A stretch of DNA of 64,000 bases from Methylococcales bacterium (GTDB lineage: Bacteria > Pseudomonadota > Gammaproteobacteria > Methylococcales > Methylomonadaceae): positions 10,275-74,274 of the forward strand of contig JAUYBJ010000057.1 of NCBI GenBank assembly GCA_030693155.1, in the 5' to 3' direction. Made by a program: the position numbers and the translations under genes. How positions within the stretch are numbered: position 1 is the stretch's first letter; every line of letters starts with the position of its first letter. Below, one piece after another: positions 54,430 through 63,631 of the stretch. The notes below the pieces were generated by a model. It worked only from the letters and a program-made list of their open reading frames with translations. It did no database searches and was not told the DNA's origin.

Positions 54430-55335
54430 ATGAGCAAAATAAAATTCTTTGTTGTAGCTTTTGCCGTGGTCGCCCTCGGGATTACCATCGGCATTGAGTG
54501 GGAAACGAGCGACTCACGCACACGCAATTTTTGGCAACAAGCTGTAGCCCCGGGAGCACTGTCACAGTCACATGCATCGCTCTCAAACAATTGTGTTGCT
54601 TGTCACACGCAAGTGAAAGGTGTCGAAGCTGGGAAATGCATCGCCTGCCACGCCGACAACTCAGTACTTTTACAACGTCAGCCAACGGCGTTTCATGCAA
54701 ACATTCAAACCTGTACAGGCTGTCATGTAGAGCACCAAGGGACGGTGCGCATGCCGACAACCATGGATCATGCATTGCTAGCGCAAGTTGGTCATAAGCA
54801 ATTAAAGGCTGCATCGGAGGAAGGGTTAAGTCTTGAAGACATCGAAGTAGCGGTTAAATTATTAGACAGGACGCCTCGCTCTGTTACACAGAAACCGCTA
54901 GCAAACACCCGCAGTAGTGATACGCAGATGAGTGACGATTCAAATATGAGCGCTGAAACCAAAATCGCCGTTGAACCACCAAGCGCGCCTAAGTTGCCGG
55001 TCAACCACCCAGGCTTAAGCGCGAATGAATCGATGCTCAACTGCGTGAGCTGTCACGCGACTAAGGATCGCCATCAGGGCTTGTTAGGTAAAAATTGTGT
55101 TCAGTGTCACGCCACAACTCAGTGGACGGTTTCTGAGTTTCGCCATCCATCTTCGCGCTCGACCAATTGTGCGCAATGTCATTTAGCACCACCTAGTCAC
55201 AACATGATGCACTTTTCAATGATGTCAGCCCCGATTGCGCGTCAACCGAATGCTAAAGTGAATCAGTGCTATCTTTGCCACCAGACGACTTCGTGGAACG
55301 ACATCAAAGGCGTGGGTTTGATTAAGCATCATTAA
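54430..55335 (+). CDS. Membrane-anchored heptahaem c-type cytochrome
   Basis: N-terminal TM anchor. Seven CxxCH motifs (CVACH, CIACH, CTGCH, CVSCH, CVQCH, CAQCH, CYLCH). Confidence 0.8.
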   Translation: MSKIKFFVVAFAVVALGITIGIEWETSDSRTRNFWQQAVAPGALSQSHASLSNNCVACHTQVKGVEAGKCIACHADNSVLLQRQPTAFHANIQTCTGCHVEHQGTVRMPTTMDHALLAQVGHKQLKAASEEGLSLEDIEVAVKLLDRTPRSVTQKPLANTRSSDTQMSDDSNMSAETKIAVEPPSAPKLPVNHPGLSANESMLNCVSCHATKDRHQGLLGKNCVQCHATTQWTVSEFRHPSSRSTNCAQCHLAPPSHNMMHFSMMSAPIARQPNAKVNQCYLCHQTTSWNDIKGVGLIKHH

Positions 55336-55501
55336 ATATGTTTAAACACAGAAAGAATTTATACAAGAAAAATATATATTTGAATTGACTCAAATAACAA
55401 ATGATAAATCCTAACTTTAGACCTTATGAAACGTATGCTATTGACTATATTGTAATCAAGTCATACCTAAAAACGGCAAATCGGGTGGATACAGGAGTAG
55501 C

Positions 55502-56794
55502 ATGGAAATGACAGTCGACTTTGAGTTGGAAAATTTACAGCGCCAAACATTCGATTATTTTCTGTATGAAACGAATCCCGATAATGGTTTGGTGATTGAC
55601 AAGACTTCTGCAGATTGGCCTGCCAGTATTGCCGCTACAGGTCTTGCGTTGGCCTGCTATCCTGTAAGTGTCGAACGCGGATTTATGTCGCGCGCAGCGG
55701 CGATAGAACGCACGCTTGCGACGTTGCGTTTTTTCTGGAACAGTCCCCAAGGGGCCGAGTCCGACGCGACGGGCTACAAGGGTTTTTACTATCATTTTCT
55801 CGACATGCAGACTGGTCGACGCGCTTGGCAATGCGAACTTTCAACAGTGGATAGCGCTTTTTTGTTGGTCGGCGCATTGACGGCCGCTATTTATTTCGAC
55901 GCCAGTACAAACGAAGAGAATGAAATTCGCACCCTTAGTGACGCAATTTATCGCCGTGCCGATTGGCAATGGGCACAAGACCAGGGCGCAACGGTAACGC
56001 ACGGCTGGAAACCAGAAAGTGGTTTCCTTAAATATCGATGGGAAGGCTACGATGAGGCGCTGCTGCTATATATCCTAGGGCTGGGCTCGCCGACGTATCC
56101 TTTGCCAGAACATAGCTATGCTGCATGGGCATCCACTTACCAGTGGGAAAGCTGTTATGGACAGGAATATCTTTACGGCGGCTCTCTATTTATCCATCAG
56201 CTCTCGCATGTCTGGATAGACTTTCGTGGTATCCAGGACGCATTCATGCATGATAAAGGCATCGACTATTTTGAGAACAGCCGTCGTGCAACTTATGTGC
56301 AACAGCAGTACGCGATCAACAACCCACTCAAGTTTGAAGGCTATGCCGCATGCTGCTGGGGTATTACTGCAAGTGAAGGCCCCGGCCCCAACACCATCAA
56401 AATAAACGGCATTGACCGACAGTTTTTCGATTACGTGGCACGGGGCGTACCATATGGACCAGACGACGGCACTCTTTCACCTTGGGCGTTGGTCGCGTCG
56501 TTGCCGTTCGCTCCCGAAATAGTTCTGCCCGCGCTTCATCATTGCATTCATCAAGCCAAGTTGACAGAGTTCAATTCTTACGGGTTCAAAGCATCTTTCA
56601 ATCCCACGCACCCGGGAATACCTGGCAACCCTTATGGTTGGTGGGTCTCACCGTGGCATTTCGGGCTCAATCAAGGACCGATCATTTTGATGATCGAAAA
56701 TTACCGTACTGGCCTGTTGTGGAAATTAATGCGAAACTGCCCATACATCGTTAAAGGCTTGCTACGCGCCGGGTTCAATGGCGGTTGGTTGTGA
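55502..56794 (+). CDS. Glucoamylase-family / GH144-like (beta-1,2-glucanase-like) protein
   Basis: …NGLVIDKTSADWPASIAATGLALACYP…GFYYHFLDMQTGRR…ELSTVDSAFLLVGAL… matches my recollection of the family pattern. Confidence 0.5.
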   Translation: MEMTVDFELENLQRQTFDYFLYETNPDNGLVIDKTSADWPASIAATGLALACYPVSVERGFMSRAAAIERTLATLRFFWNSPQGAESDATGYKGFYYHFLDMQTGRRAWQCELSTVDSAFLLVGALTAAIYFDASTNEENEIRTLSDAIYRRADWQWAQDQGATVTHGWKPESGFLKYRWEGYDEALLLYILGLGSPTYPLPEHSYAAWASTYQWESCYGQEYLYGGSLFIHQLSHVWIDFRGIQDAFMHDKGIDYFENSRRATYVQQQYAINNPLKFEGYAACCWGITASEGPGPNTIKINGIDRQFFDYVARGVPYGPDDGTLSPWALVASLPFAPEIVLPALHHCIHQAKLTEFNSYGFKASFNPTHPGIPGNPYGWWVSPWHFGLNQGPIILMIENYRTGLLWKLMRNCPYIVKGLLRAGFNGGWL

Positions 56795-57263
56795 AAGCCT
56801 CGCTTCCCTGTGCAGGTAAGCTGGCACCAGCATTATTATGGGCAAATATGTCGCGCCTGCACCAACTGGCTCGAACCTGCTATATCCCAATTATGCAGAG
56901 TTTGCTAAAGCAGAGGGGGAGATTAATTCCTTGCGCCGACCGATGCGAGTGTCTTAACAATAAAAAAGCTCTCCACCATCTTGCTAAGTTCGACAACGTA
57001 CAGACAAAGATTCTAATAGTGGGCATGTTGAATATTATGGGGATTGCTCTAAATTCAAAACAGTCGCCTTTAATAAACCACCCCCGTCTTCCATTAGCGT
57101 GGCGAATAATTTCAATCTCGACTACATTTTATGGATCTAGTCCTTCGTGAATACCACTAATACTTGGTTGTCGTTAATGGTTTTTTCAACCAAATTTTGG
57201 CTCTACCGAGCTGATTTACAACGTAGCAAAAAATTGACAATAGTCACCTTAGGAGAATAAATC

Positions 57264-57614
57264 ATGTATCACCATCTCAGAATGCTCTTAAATGTATTAG
57301 CAGTATCGCTTATTACCGTCGCCTGCGGTCAGACCGATGCTGGAATCAGTACAAAAGTCAAAACGAACCTTACAGCGGATGAAATAGTGAAGGCCGCTCT
57401 GATTAATGTTGACGTACAGGATAAAATCGCCACCTTGTCAGGATCTGTCGATACCCAAGCAGTTAAGGAACGAGCCGTCTCAGTGGCGCGCGCTACCGAC
57501 GGCGTCACCGACGTCATTGACAAGATTACAATTCAGGAACAGGGCTATGGATCAGGTTCTGAGCACGGTCGCGAAATGATGGGAAGGGAAAATAGGGAAG
57601 GTAGAGATCATTAA
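57264..57614 (+). CDS. BON-domain lipoprotein
   Basis: Lipobox LITVACG. VDVQDKIATLSGSVDTQAVKERAVSVARATDGVTDVIDKI. Confidence 0.7.
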   Translation: MYHHLRMLLNVLAVSLITVACGQTDAGISTKVKTNLTADEIVKAALINVDVQDKIATLSGSVDTQAVKERAVSVARATDGVTDVIDKITIQEQGYGSGSEHGREMMGRENREGRDH

Positions 57615-57774
57615 CTTGAAGGAAAGTACGCATAGCCAGGGCAGATAGATGATGATGACAAGGTCAGTGGGTAGCGTATAGGTTGTGTAGATATAATTTT
57701 GTGTCCTCAACTGCCCTTTAAAGACTGCTCATATTGTCGGCTCAGATAGTGATGTAAAAACAGAAAGGCTGAAT

Positions 57775-59733
57775 ATGAAAAACAGCTCGCCAAACAAAAC
57801 TCGTGGGATAAAATCATCGCAGCAATATCAGCGACGACATTTCCTGAAAACTACCGTTGCAGTGGGAGCAGGGTTGGTGCTTCACAGGTTGTCCCCAGCT
57901 TACGCAATTGACACAGAATCTACTTTGATTAGCTCCGCCTCAAATAACTCTACTACGGCCACTGATCTCGTCATCGCCAAGCATAAGCTCAACATTGCAG
58001 GGCGCGTGGCAATGCCAACCGTAGTAAATGGTTTGCTACCAGGCCCTATATTGAGGTATCGCGAAGGTGAGACCGTGACAATTCGCGTGACCAACCAACT
58101 GCAAGAAACAAGCTCTATCCATTGGCATGGATTGATCGTTCCCGAGAACATGGATGGCGTTCCAGGGGTAAGTTTCGCCGGTATTCGACCCGGCGAGACC
58201 TTCACCTATCAATTCAAGCTTCACCAAAGTGGCACTTACTGGTACCACAGTCATTCTGGCAATCAAGAACAGGCGGGGCTATACGGCCCATTGATTATCG
58301 ACCCAATCACACCCGACCCATACTCCTACGATAGCGAATGCATAGTGATGCTGTCGGATTGGACCTTCGAGGATCCTGCGCGCGTGCTGGCGAAGATGAA
58401 GAAATTCGGTTCGTACTACAACTTCAACCGGCGAACGATGGGCGATGTTTTTCGCGATGCAAACCTCAACGGCTGGCGCTCAATGATTAAGGACCGAATG
58501 GAGTGGGCAAAGATGCGCATGGATCCTACAGACATTGCCGACGTGACTGGTTTCACCTATACCTATTTTCTTAACGGCCAATCGGCTGATCAGAATTGGA
58601 CTACGCTATTTAAGCCAGGTGAGCGAATCCGTATACGCTTTATTAATGCCGGTGCGATGACGCATTTTGATGTTCGCATCCCAGGGCTAAAGATGACGCT
58701 GGTGCAAGCCGATGGTCAGAATGTCGAGCCGGTTACCGTTGATGAGTTCCGTATCGCTCCGGCTGAAACTTACGACATGATTGTACAACCACAAACCGAA
58801 GAGGCATACACTATCTTTGCCGAAACGATGGATCGTAGTGGTTACGCAGCTGGTACGTTGGCACTACGTTCTGGACTAAGCGCGCCGATCCCGGCGCGTC
58901 GTGTACGTCCACTTCGGACCATGGCCGACATGGGTATGTCCGGCGATGCGATGGGCAATATGGCAATGCCATCTAAAGACGGCATACCAAGTGCAGACGG
59001 GATGTCCGAGATGGAAATGCCATTGGACGCTACGCCTACGATGTCTGGTATGGAATCGCCAGCGAGTAAAGGTGATGCTGGGATGGATGGAATGGCAGGT
59101 ATGGAAATGCCATCAGATGACATGCCCGCAATGCCAGTCATGGAAAATGGATTGAGCACAGTACCCGAAAAAGCTGAAACTATACCAGCTAAACCGCATG
59201 GGCCAGATCGACATGGCCCTGGAAATTCCACGGTCGCGGAGATGCCCGTCAGTCGAATTAACGAACCCGGTAGCGGGCTAGGGGATGCTGGCCGCCGAGT
59301 GCTGGCGTATGGTGACTTGCGGCGATTGTCCGCAGACGGGCCGGAAGGTACACCCGAACGTGAGATTGAACTCCATATTACTGGCAATATGGAGCGGCAG
59401 ATATGGGGGTTCGATGGGAAGAAATATTCCGAGGCCAAAGAACCTATCCCTTTTGAATATGGCAAATGGCTTCGAATCACCTTCGTCAACGATACGATGA
59501 TGGATCACCCGATGCATTTGCATGGCATGTGGATGGTGTTGAACAACGGCACAGGGGTAAAGCGTCCTCGGAAACACACAATCAACGTCAAGCCAGGCGA
59601 ACGGCTGTCATTCGATGTGAAACCTGACGAGATTGGCAAGTGGGCGTTCCATTGTCATTTGCTTTTTCATATGGAGCTCGGCATGTTGCGCGTGGTCTCA
59701 GTGACCGATCAGAAAGGTAAGGTGCAGTCATGA
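57775..59733 (+). CDS. copA: CopA/PcoA-type Tat-exported multicopper oxidase
   Basis: RRHFLKTTVAVGAG Tat signal. HWHG, YHSH, HPMHLHG, HCHLLFHME. Long Met-rich insert (MGMSGDAMGNMAMP…). Confidence 0.85.
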   Translation: MKNSSPNKTRGIKSSQQYQRRHFLKTTVAVGAGLVLHRLSPAYAIDTESTLISSASNNSTTATDLVIAKHKLNIAGRVAMPTVVNGLLPGPILRYREGETVTIRVTNQLQETSSIHWHGLIVPENMDGVPGVSFAGIRPGETFTYQFKLHQSGTYWYHSHSGNQEQAGLYGPLIIDPITPDPYSYDSECIVMLSDWTFEDPARVLAKMKKFGSYYNFNRRTMGDVFRDANLNGWRSMIKDRMEWAKMRMDPTDIADVTGFTYTYFLNGQSADQNWTTLFKPGERIRIRFINAGAMTHFDVRIPGLKMTLVQADGQNVEPVTVDEFRIAPAETYDMIVQPQTEEAYTIFAETMDRSGYAAGTLALRSGLSAPIPARRVRPLRTMADMGMSGDAMGNMAMPSKDGIPSADGMSEMEMPLDATPTMSGMESPASKGDAGMDGMAGMEMPSDDMPAMPVMENGLSTVPEKAETIPAKPHGPDRHGPGNSTVAEMPVSRINEPGSGLGDAGRRVLAYGDLRRLSADGPEGTPEREIELHITGNMERQIWGFDGKKYSEAKEPIPFEYGKWLRITFVNDTMMDHPMHLHGMWMVLNNGTGVKRPRKHTINVKPGERLSFDVKPDEIGKWAFHCHLLFHMELGMLRVVSVTDQKGKVQS

Positions 59734-60530
59734 TTACTTCGTCAAATAAAAAATACCGAGCATGCCATGCTACTTTCTTGCTGGCCTGCAAGCTATTGGC
59801 TTCAATGGCATTGATGACTTCATTGGTCAAAGCTGAAGTAACCCCTGAAGAGTTACCTTCTCCCGTGGAGGATAGTGCGGTTCGCAGTTTCTTACTGATC
59901 GATCAGCTTGAACACACCACAACGCGTTACACGGGCGGTGATAAAGATGGCGATGCGGTGCGTTTCAATACGTCCGGATGGATCGGCGGCGACTACAACC
60001 GGCTCTGGTTATACACTGAAGGCACGAAAGTCTATGACGGCAAGCTGGAGGATGCAGATGTGCAGCTTCTATATGGTCGCCTCATTGCTCCATTTTGGGA
60101 TTTGCAAGCGGGCCTGCGCTATGCCAAGCCGCTATCGGATGGGCCATCGCGCAGCTACGCAGTGTTCGGTGTCCAAGGACTTGCGCCTTATCGATTTGGG
60201 GTGCAGGCCGCGACTTTCTTAAGCGAGCGAGGCGATATTTCCGCGCGGGCTGAGTTGGAATATGAGCTGCTGCTAACCCAGCGCTGGATTTTACAGCCGC
60301 GCTTAGCTGTCAATTACGCTCTTCAAGAAGTAAGAGATCAAGGCATAGGTCGCGGCTTGAACGACATCGAACTCGGATTACGCTTACGTTATGAGATCAA
60401 GCGCGAATTTGCCCCCTATGTTGGTGTGTCATGGCAGTCTAGCTACGGCGGAACAGCTGATTTTGCGCGCGACCGAGGTGAAGATGTGAATGAATGGAGC
60501 TTGGTCACTGGGGTTCGATTATGGTTTTAA
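59730..60530 (+). CDS. copB: CopB/PcoB outer-membrane copper resistance protein
   Basis: ATGA coupling to the oxidase gene. …DQLEHTT…WIGGDYNRLWLYTEG…WDLQAGLRY… beta-barrel pattern. Confidence 0.8.
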   Translation: MITSSNKKYRACHATFLLACKLLASMALMTSLVKAEVTPEELPSPVEDSAVRSFLLIDQLEHTTTRYTGGDKDGDAVRFNTSGWIGGDYNRLWLYTEGTKVYDGKLEDADVQLLYGRLIAPFWDLQAGLRYAKPLSDGPSRSYAVFGVQGLAPYRFGVQAATFLSERGDISARAELEYELLLTQRWILQPRLAVNYALQEVRDQGIGRGLNDIELGLRLRYEIKREFAPYVGVSWQSSYGGTADFARDRGEDVNEWSLVTGVRLWF

Positions 60531-60632
60531 CTTGGATTGAAAGGCATCACACTCGTTTAACTGCAAATCAAGTGTCATTTTTTCAAAAGTCGCTAAAGTG
60601 CCTTGGGCTTGATGTTTTAAAAGGAGAATTTC

Positions 60633-60939
60633 TTGCTTCCTATTGTTAGTAGTGGAATGCTTTACCTTGTTAGTGCAATTGAGATTATTGCAGCCATATT
60701 GATCGGGTTAGCAAGTCTACAATGCGCTGTAACCGTAGCAGGCCTATTTTTTCGGCGTAGCCCCTCTACCGCAGAGAAGGAGGATGTCAGACTAATTTGG
60801 GTTATGGCTTTCGCTTGCAATCGAATTTGAGTTAGCAGCTGATATTTTGCGAACAGTTTTTAGTGTGTTGCAGCGATCGGTTGAATTCAAGGCCGTTAAC
60901 GGACAATTAAAAGCTAAAAGTCACACTACACCACCATAA
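60633..60939 (+). pseudogene. DUF1622-like membrane protein gene, frameshifted and C-terminally aberrant
   Basis: Frame 1 gives …EKEDVRLIW then stops at 60828-60830. The +1 frame from 60796 reads FGLWLSLAIEFELAADILRTVF, which is the family's conserved LEF..AADI.RT motif. Confidence 0.45.
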
Positions 60940-61136
60940 CTGATAGAACTTAATATTTTCTTTACTTCCATAAGTCCGGCATCAGTTTCAGCCATGGATA
61001 TTGGTGTTGCCCCTAAAGCAAAGTTTTCTCTATTTAGCCATTCGTCGGCCATAGTTTTAGAGCCAAACGTTTCAATAGCAAGTGCTAGCATTTCGTCAAT
61101 TCGAAGTTGTACCTCTGATTTTGTTGTCATCTGCAA
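60921..61136 (-). CDS. DUF2384-type (ParS/MbcA/Xre C-terminal) antitoxin-like protein
   Basis: …ETFGSKTMADEWLNRENFALGATPISMAETDAGLMEVKKILSSISYG matches the A..WL..pn.aLgg..P…G…V…L..i..G pattern. No RES-like ORF adjacent. Confidence 0.55.
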   Translation of the reverse strand: MQMTTKSEVQLRIDEMLALAIETFGSKTMADEWLNRENFALGATPISMAETDAGLMEVKKILSSISYGGVV

Positions 61137-61337
61137 TCTCCTTAGAAATCAATCAACCTATCTGATTTTGTTTTGCTATGTGCATCATATAAATGATGTA
61201 CTTTGCTTGTTAATAAAAAAGGCTCCCATTCCAATAGACATACCAAAGTCGAGCACGTTTTCAGTAGGTATACCCAAAAGTAGATTTTCTAATTTGAAAC
61301 CGTTGGCTTTGGGCCGTAAGAGGCCGGTAAGAATAAT

Positions 61338-61568
61338 TTATTTAGTTGTAACGAAGCGACCATTTGGCGCACGAGCAACGATTCTACCTTTATATAAATA
61401 GTAGTGAGGAAGACCTATCGCTTTTTGCCTATCAATTGCTACACGGATTGCTTCTTTAGCAATTTGCTCAAATGCTACAAATATAGGGTTTCGTGGGAAG
61501 TCGTTCGAGGCTTTAAATACTCTGGTTCGTATCATCATTACTCCAACTGGTTTTAAAACCATGGCCAC
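61338..61568 (-). CDS. Hypothetical small protein
   Basis: 76-aa ORF in AT-rich DNA. No motif recognised. Confidence 0.3.
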   Translation of the reverse strand: MAMVLKPVGVMMIRTRVFKASNDFPRNPIFVAFEQIAKEAIRVAIDRQKAIGLPHYYLYKGRIVARAPNGRFVTTK

Positions 61569-61781
61569 TAGCTTCCTTTTGTAGGATGAATTATTTTAAT
61601 TGTAAACGAAAAATACATTAAAGAAACTTAGCACTGCATAAATGACTTCTTGGCCGACATAAGCTTAATGGGTAGTTACAATTCCAATGATGATTTCGGT
61701 TGTTGTATATGATTGCACGGCACTCATGCGATTGCATTAGAATGCAATCATTATCCTTTATTGCGCCTTCTAACTTTGGTC

Positions 61782-62309
61782 ATGACAATTCATGTATTTT
61801 TGGACACTGAGTTTACTGCTCTAGCTGAATCAGCCTCTTTAATATCCATAGGTTTAATCACCGCAGAAGGAGATAGGTCTTTCTATGCGGAACTATCTGA
61901 TACCTATACTCATAAAGAATGCTCAGACTTCGTACTACAAGAAGTATTACCTCTTTTAGATGCTAAACGAATTACTGACCCGATTAATTACAAGCATGTT
62001 TATGCGCGCATGACCCTGGCAGAAACAAGCCTGCATCTTAATTATTGGTTTGCAGCACTGATTGATCCAGTACAAGTATGGAGTGATGCACCAAACTACG
62101 ATTGGCGCTATATCCAGCAAATATTTAGCGCCACAGGACTGCCTTATAATCTGTTGGCAACACCTAATGCAATATTAGGTGAAGATACTTCAGCCAATGC
62201 TAGCTATCAAAACACAGTAGAGCGTGAGTACAGTCAAAAAGCATTAAGGCGACACCATGCCTTGGATGATGCAAAGGCAATGAGGTTGGGCTGGTTAGCA
62301 GTATACTAA
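61782..62309 (+). CDS. DEDDh 3'-5' exonuclease (Rv2179c-like exoribonuclease family)
   Basis: FLDTEFT (Exo I), …VWSDAPNYDWRY… (Exo II-like), RRHHALDDA (Exo III, DEDDh). ATG 61782 is preferred over the track start. Confidence 0.65.
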   Translation: MTIHVFLDTEFTALAESASLISIGLITAEGDRSFYAELSDTYTHKECSDFVLQEVLPLLDAKRITDPINYKHVYARMTLAETSLHLNYWFAALIDPVQVWSDAPNYDWRYIQQIFSATGLPYNLLATPNAILGEDTSANASYQNTVEREYSQKALRRHHALDDAKAMRLGWLAVY

Positions 62310-63622
62310 CTAACTTGAATGTTTTCACTAATTGGTACGTCAATCAAATCGCGAGCTACACAAACACCTTCCTTAATAACATAGGCTTCTACAAAATGTT
62401 CGCCGTGAAAAGTAGTCTTTTCGATGCGCTGACTTTTTCCTTCATCTAAAAAGATATCACCTCTAATCATTCTGCGCCGCTCTGCTTCAGCACCAACATT
62501 TCTAACCTTCCATAAGAGAGTGTAGGGTGTTGGGACGTCACAAGATTCGACAAAAAATCTAAGCCCTTGTCCCACCGGCAACCACTGCTTTAATAAAGCG
62601 CGGAGGAGACCAGTGTGCTGACCATTCGTTGAAACCTCACTGTTAATTTCAAGATCAAACTGAATATCAACTGGGTATTGATCTTCAATAAATTGCTCAG
62701 TCGTACTTCTGTAATTAACTGATTCGTAAACAGCAGCAGCTTTTTCAAGTTTTAGGACTTCACCTGGGAATGAACGTCCGAATACATCCCGCCAAATCTT
62801 GATTTTTTTCTTTTCAGTATCAGCATCTAGCGCTTCTTGGCATTTTACAGCCGCCTTTTTTGCTTTAGATTGAAACTTGCCTTTATTATTGACACGTTGC
62901 CCACTGCCGGGTGCTAGCCAAAAGTCTTGATGTTCGAGGTTGCCGATATAGCTAAATAGTGAGACAAGCAGTCGATCATAGCTGCTATACGACGCTGTAT
63001 CGTATTCATTCGTCTGCCCAAAAAAGTTATAAACCAAAGTATCAATAAGCATACCGCTGATATTTACACCGTTAGAATTTTTCCAAGCTCGAATCATCTT
63101 GCATACATGCTTGAGGTTGCGATTTGTTTCTTTGTTTCTTTGGTTGACAGCATTAATCTCTTGAATTGGCTTACAAACTTTCCAAGTGCCTCCATCATGA
63201 GTGTCGCCAAAACGATACCCATCCGCGTCTTTATCCCAAAAAGCTGGCAGGACTTCAACCCTGAATTTTCCGAACTCGATGCAGACAACCTGGCCATCCC
63301 CTTTGATAGTGGTATTAGGATACCGGGTTAAAAGCGAGTTACGTACAGCTTGTAATAGCTGCGATGGGCCATTATTTGTATAAGCTTTGTATTTCTCATA
63401 AGTAGACCAAGGTAACTCAAACACCATATCCAGATCACTAATGCCATGTACAGCGGTATTTCTTCCGTAAGAACCTACTTGCCGGCAGTGCGCTATATCT
63501 GACTCGATATTCCAGAAATCCAGATTAAGCCGTTTAGTAATTTCAGTATATGAGGTTGAGATATCAGCTGCATTCTGTACGGCAATATTATCTCGAAACA
63601 ATTTAAATAGTGGCGCGCTCAT
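62306..63622 (-). CDS. SMODS-type nucleotidyltransferase with C-terminal AGS-C-like sensor domain
   Basis: Pol-beta/CD-NTase-like core QVGSYGRNTAVHGISDLDMVFELP…VEVLPAF. About 130 aa of beta-rich C-terminal domain (…LLWKVRNVGAEAERRRMIRGDIF…). Confidence 0.6.
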   Translation of the reverse strand: MSAPLFKLFRDNIAVQNAADISTSYTEITKRLNLDFWNIESDIAHCRQVGSYGRNTAVHGISDLDMVFELPWSTYEKYKAYTNNGPSQLLQAVRNSLLTRYPNTTIKGDGQVVCIEFGKFRVEVLPAFWDKDADGYRFGDTHDGGTWKVCKPIQEINAVNQRNKETNRNLKHVCKMIRAWKNSNGVNISGMLIDTLVYNFFGQTNEYDTASYSSYDRLLVSLFSYIGNLEHQDFWLAPGSGQRVNNKGKFQSKAKKAAVKCQEALDADTEKKKIKIWRDVFGRSFPGEVLKLEKAAAVYESVNYRSTTEQFIEDQYPVDIQFDLEINSEVSTNGQHTGLLRALLKQWLPVGQGLRFFVESCDVPTPYTLLWKVRNVGAEAERRRMIRGDIFLDEGKSQRIEKTTFHGEHFVEAYVIKEGVCVARDLIDVPISENIQVS

Positions 63623-63631
63623 ACCTAACCT

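Noticed and set aside
56785-57150. 121-aa ORF from the track, between the GH144-like gene and the BON lipoprotein gene.
   Set aside because: It overlaps the end of the preceding gene, has no RBS or motif, has an odd Cys/Leu-rich composition, and lies in a compositionally heterogeneous spacer. It is probably non-coding.
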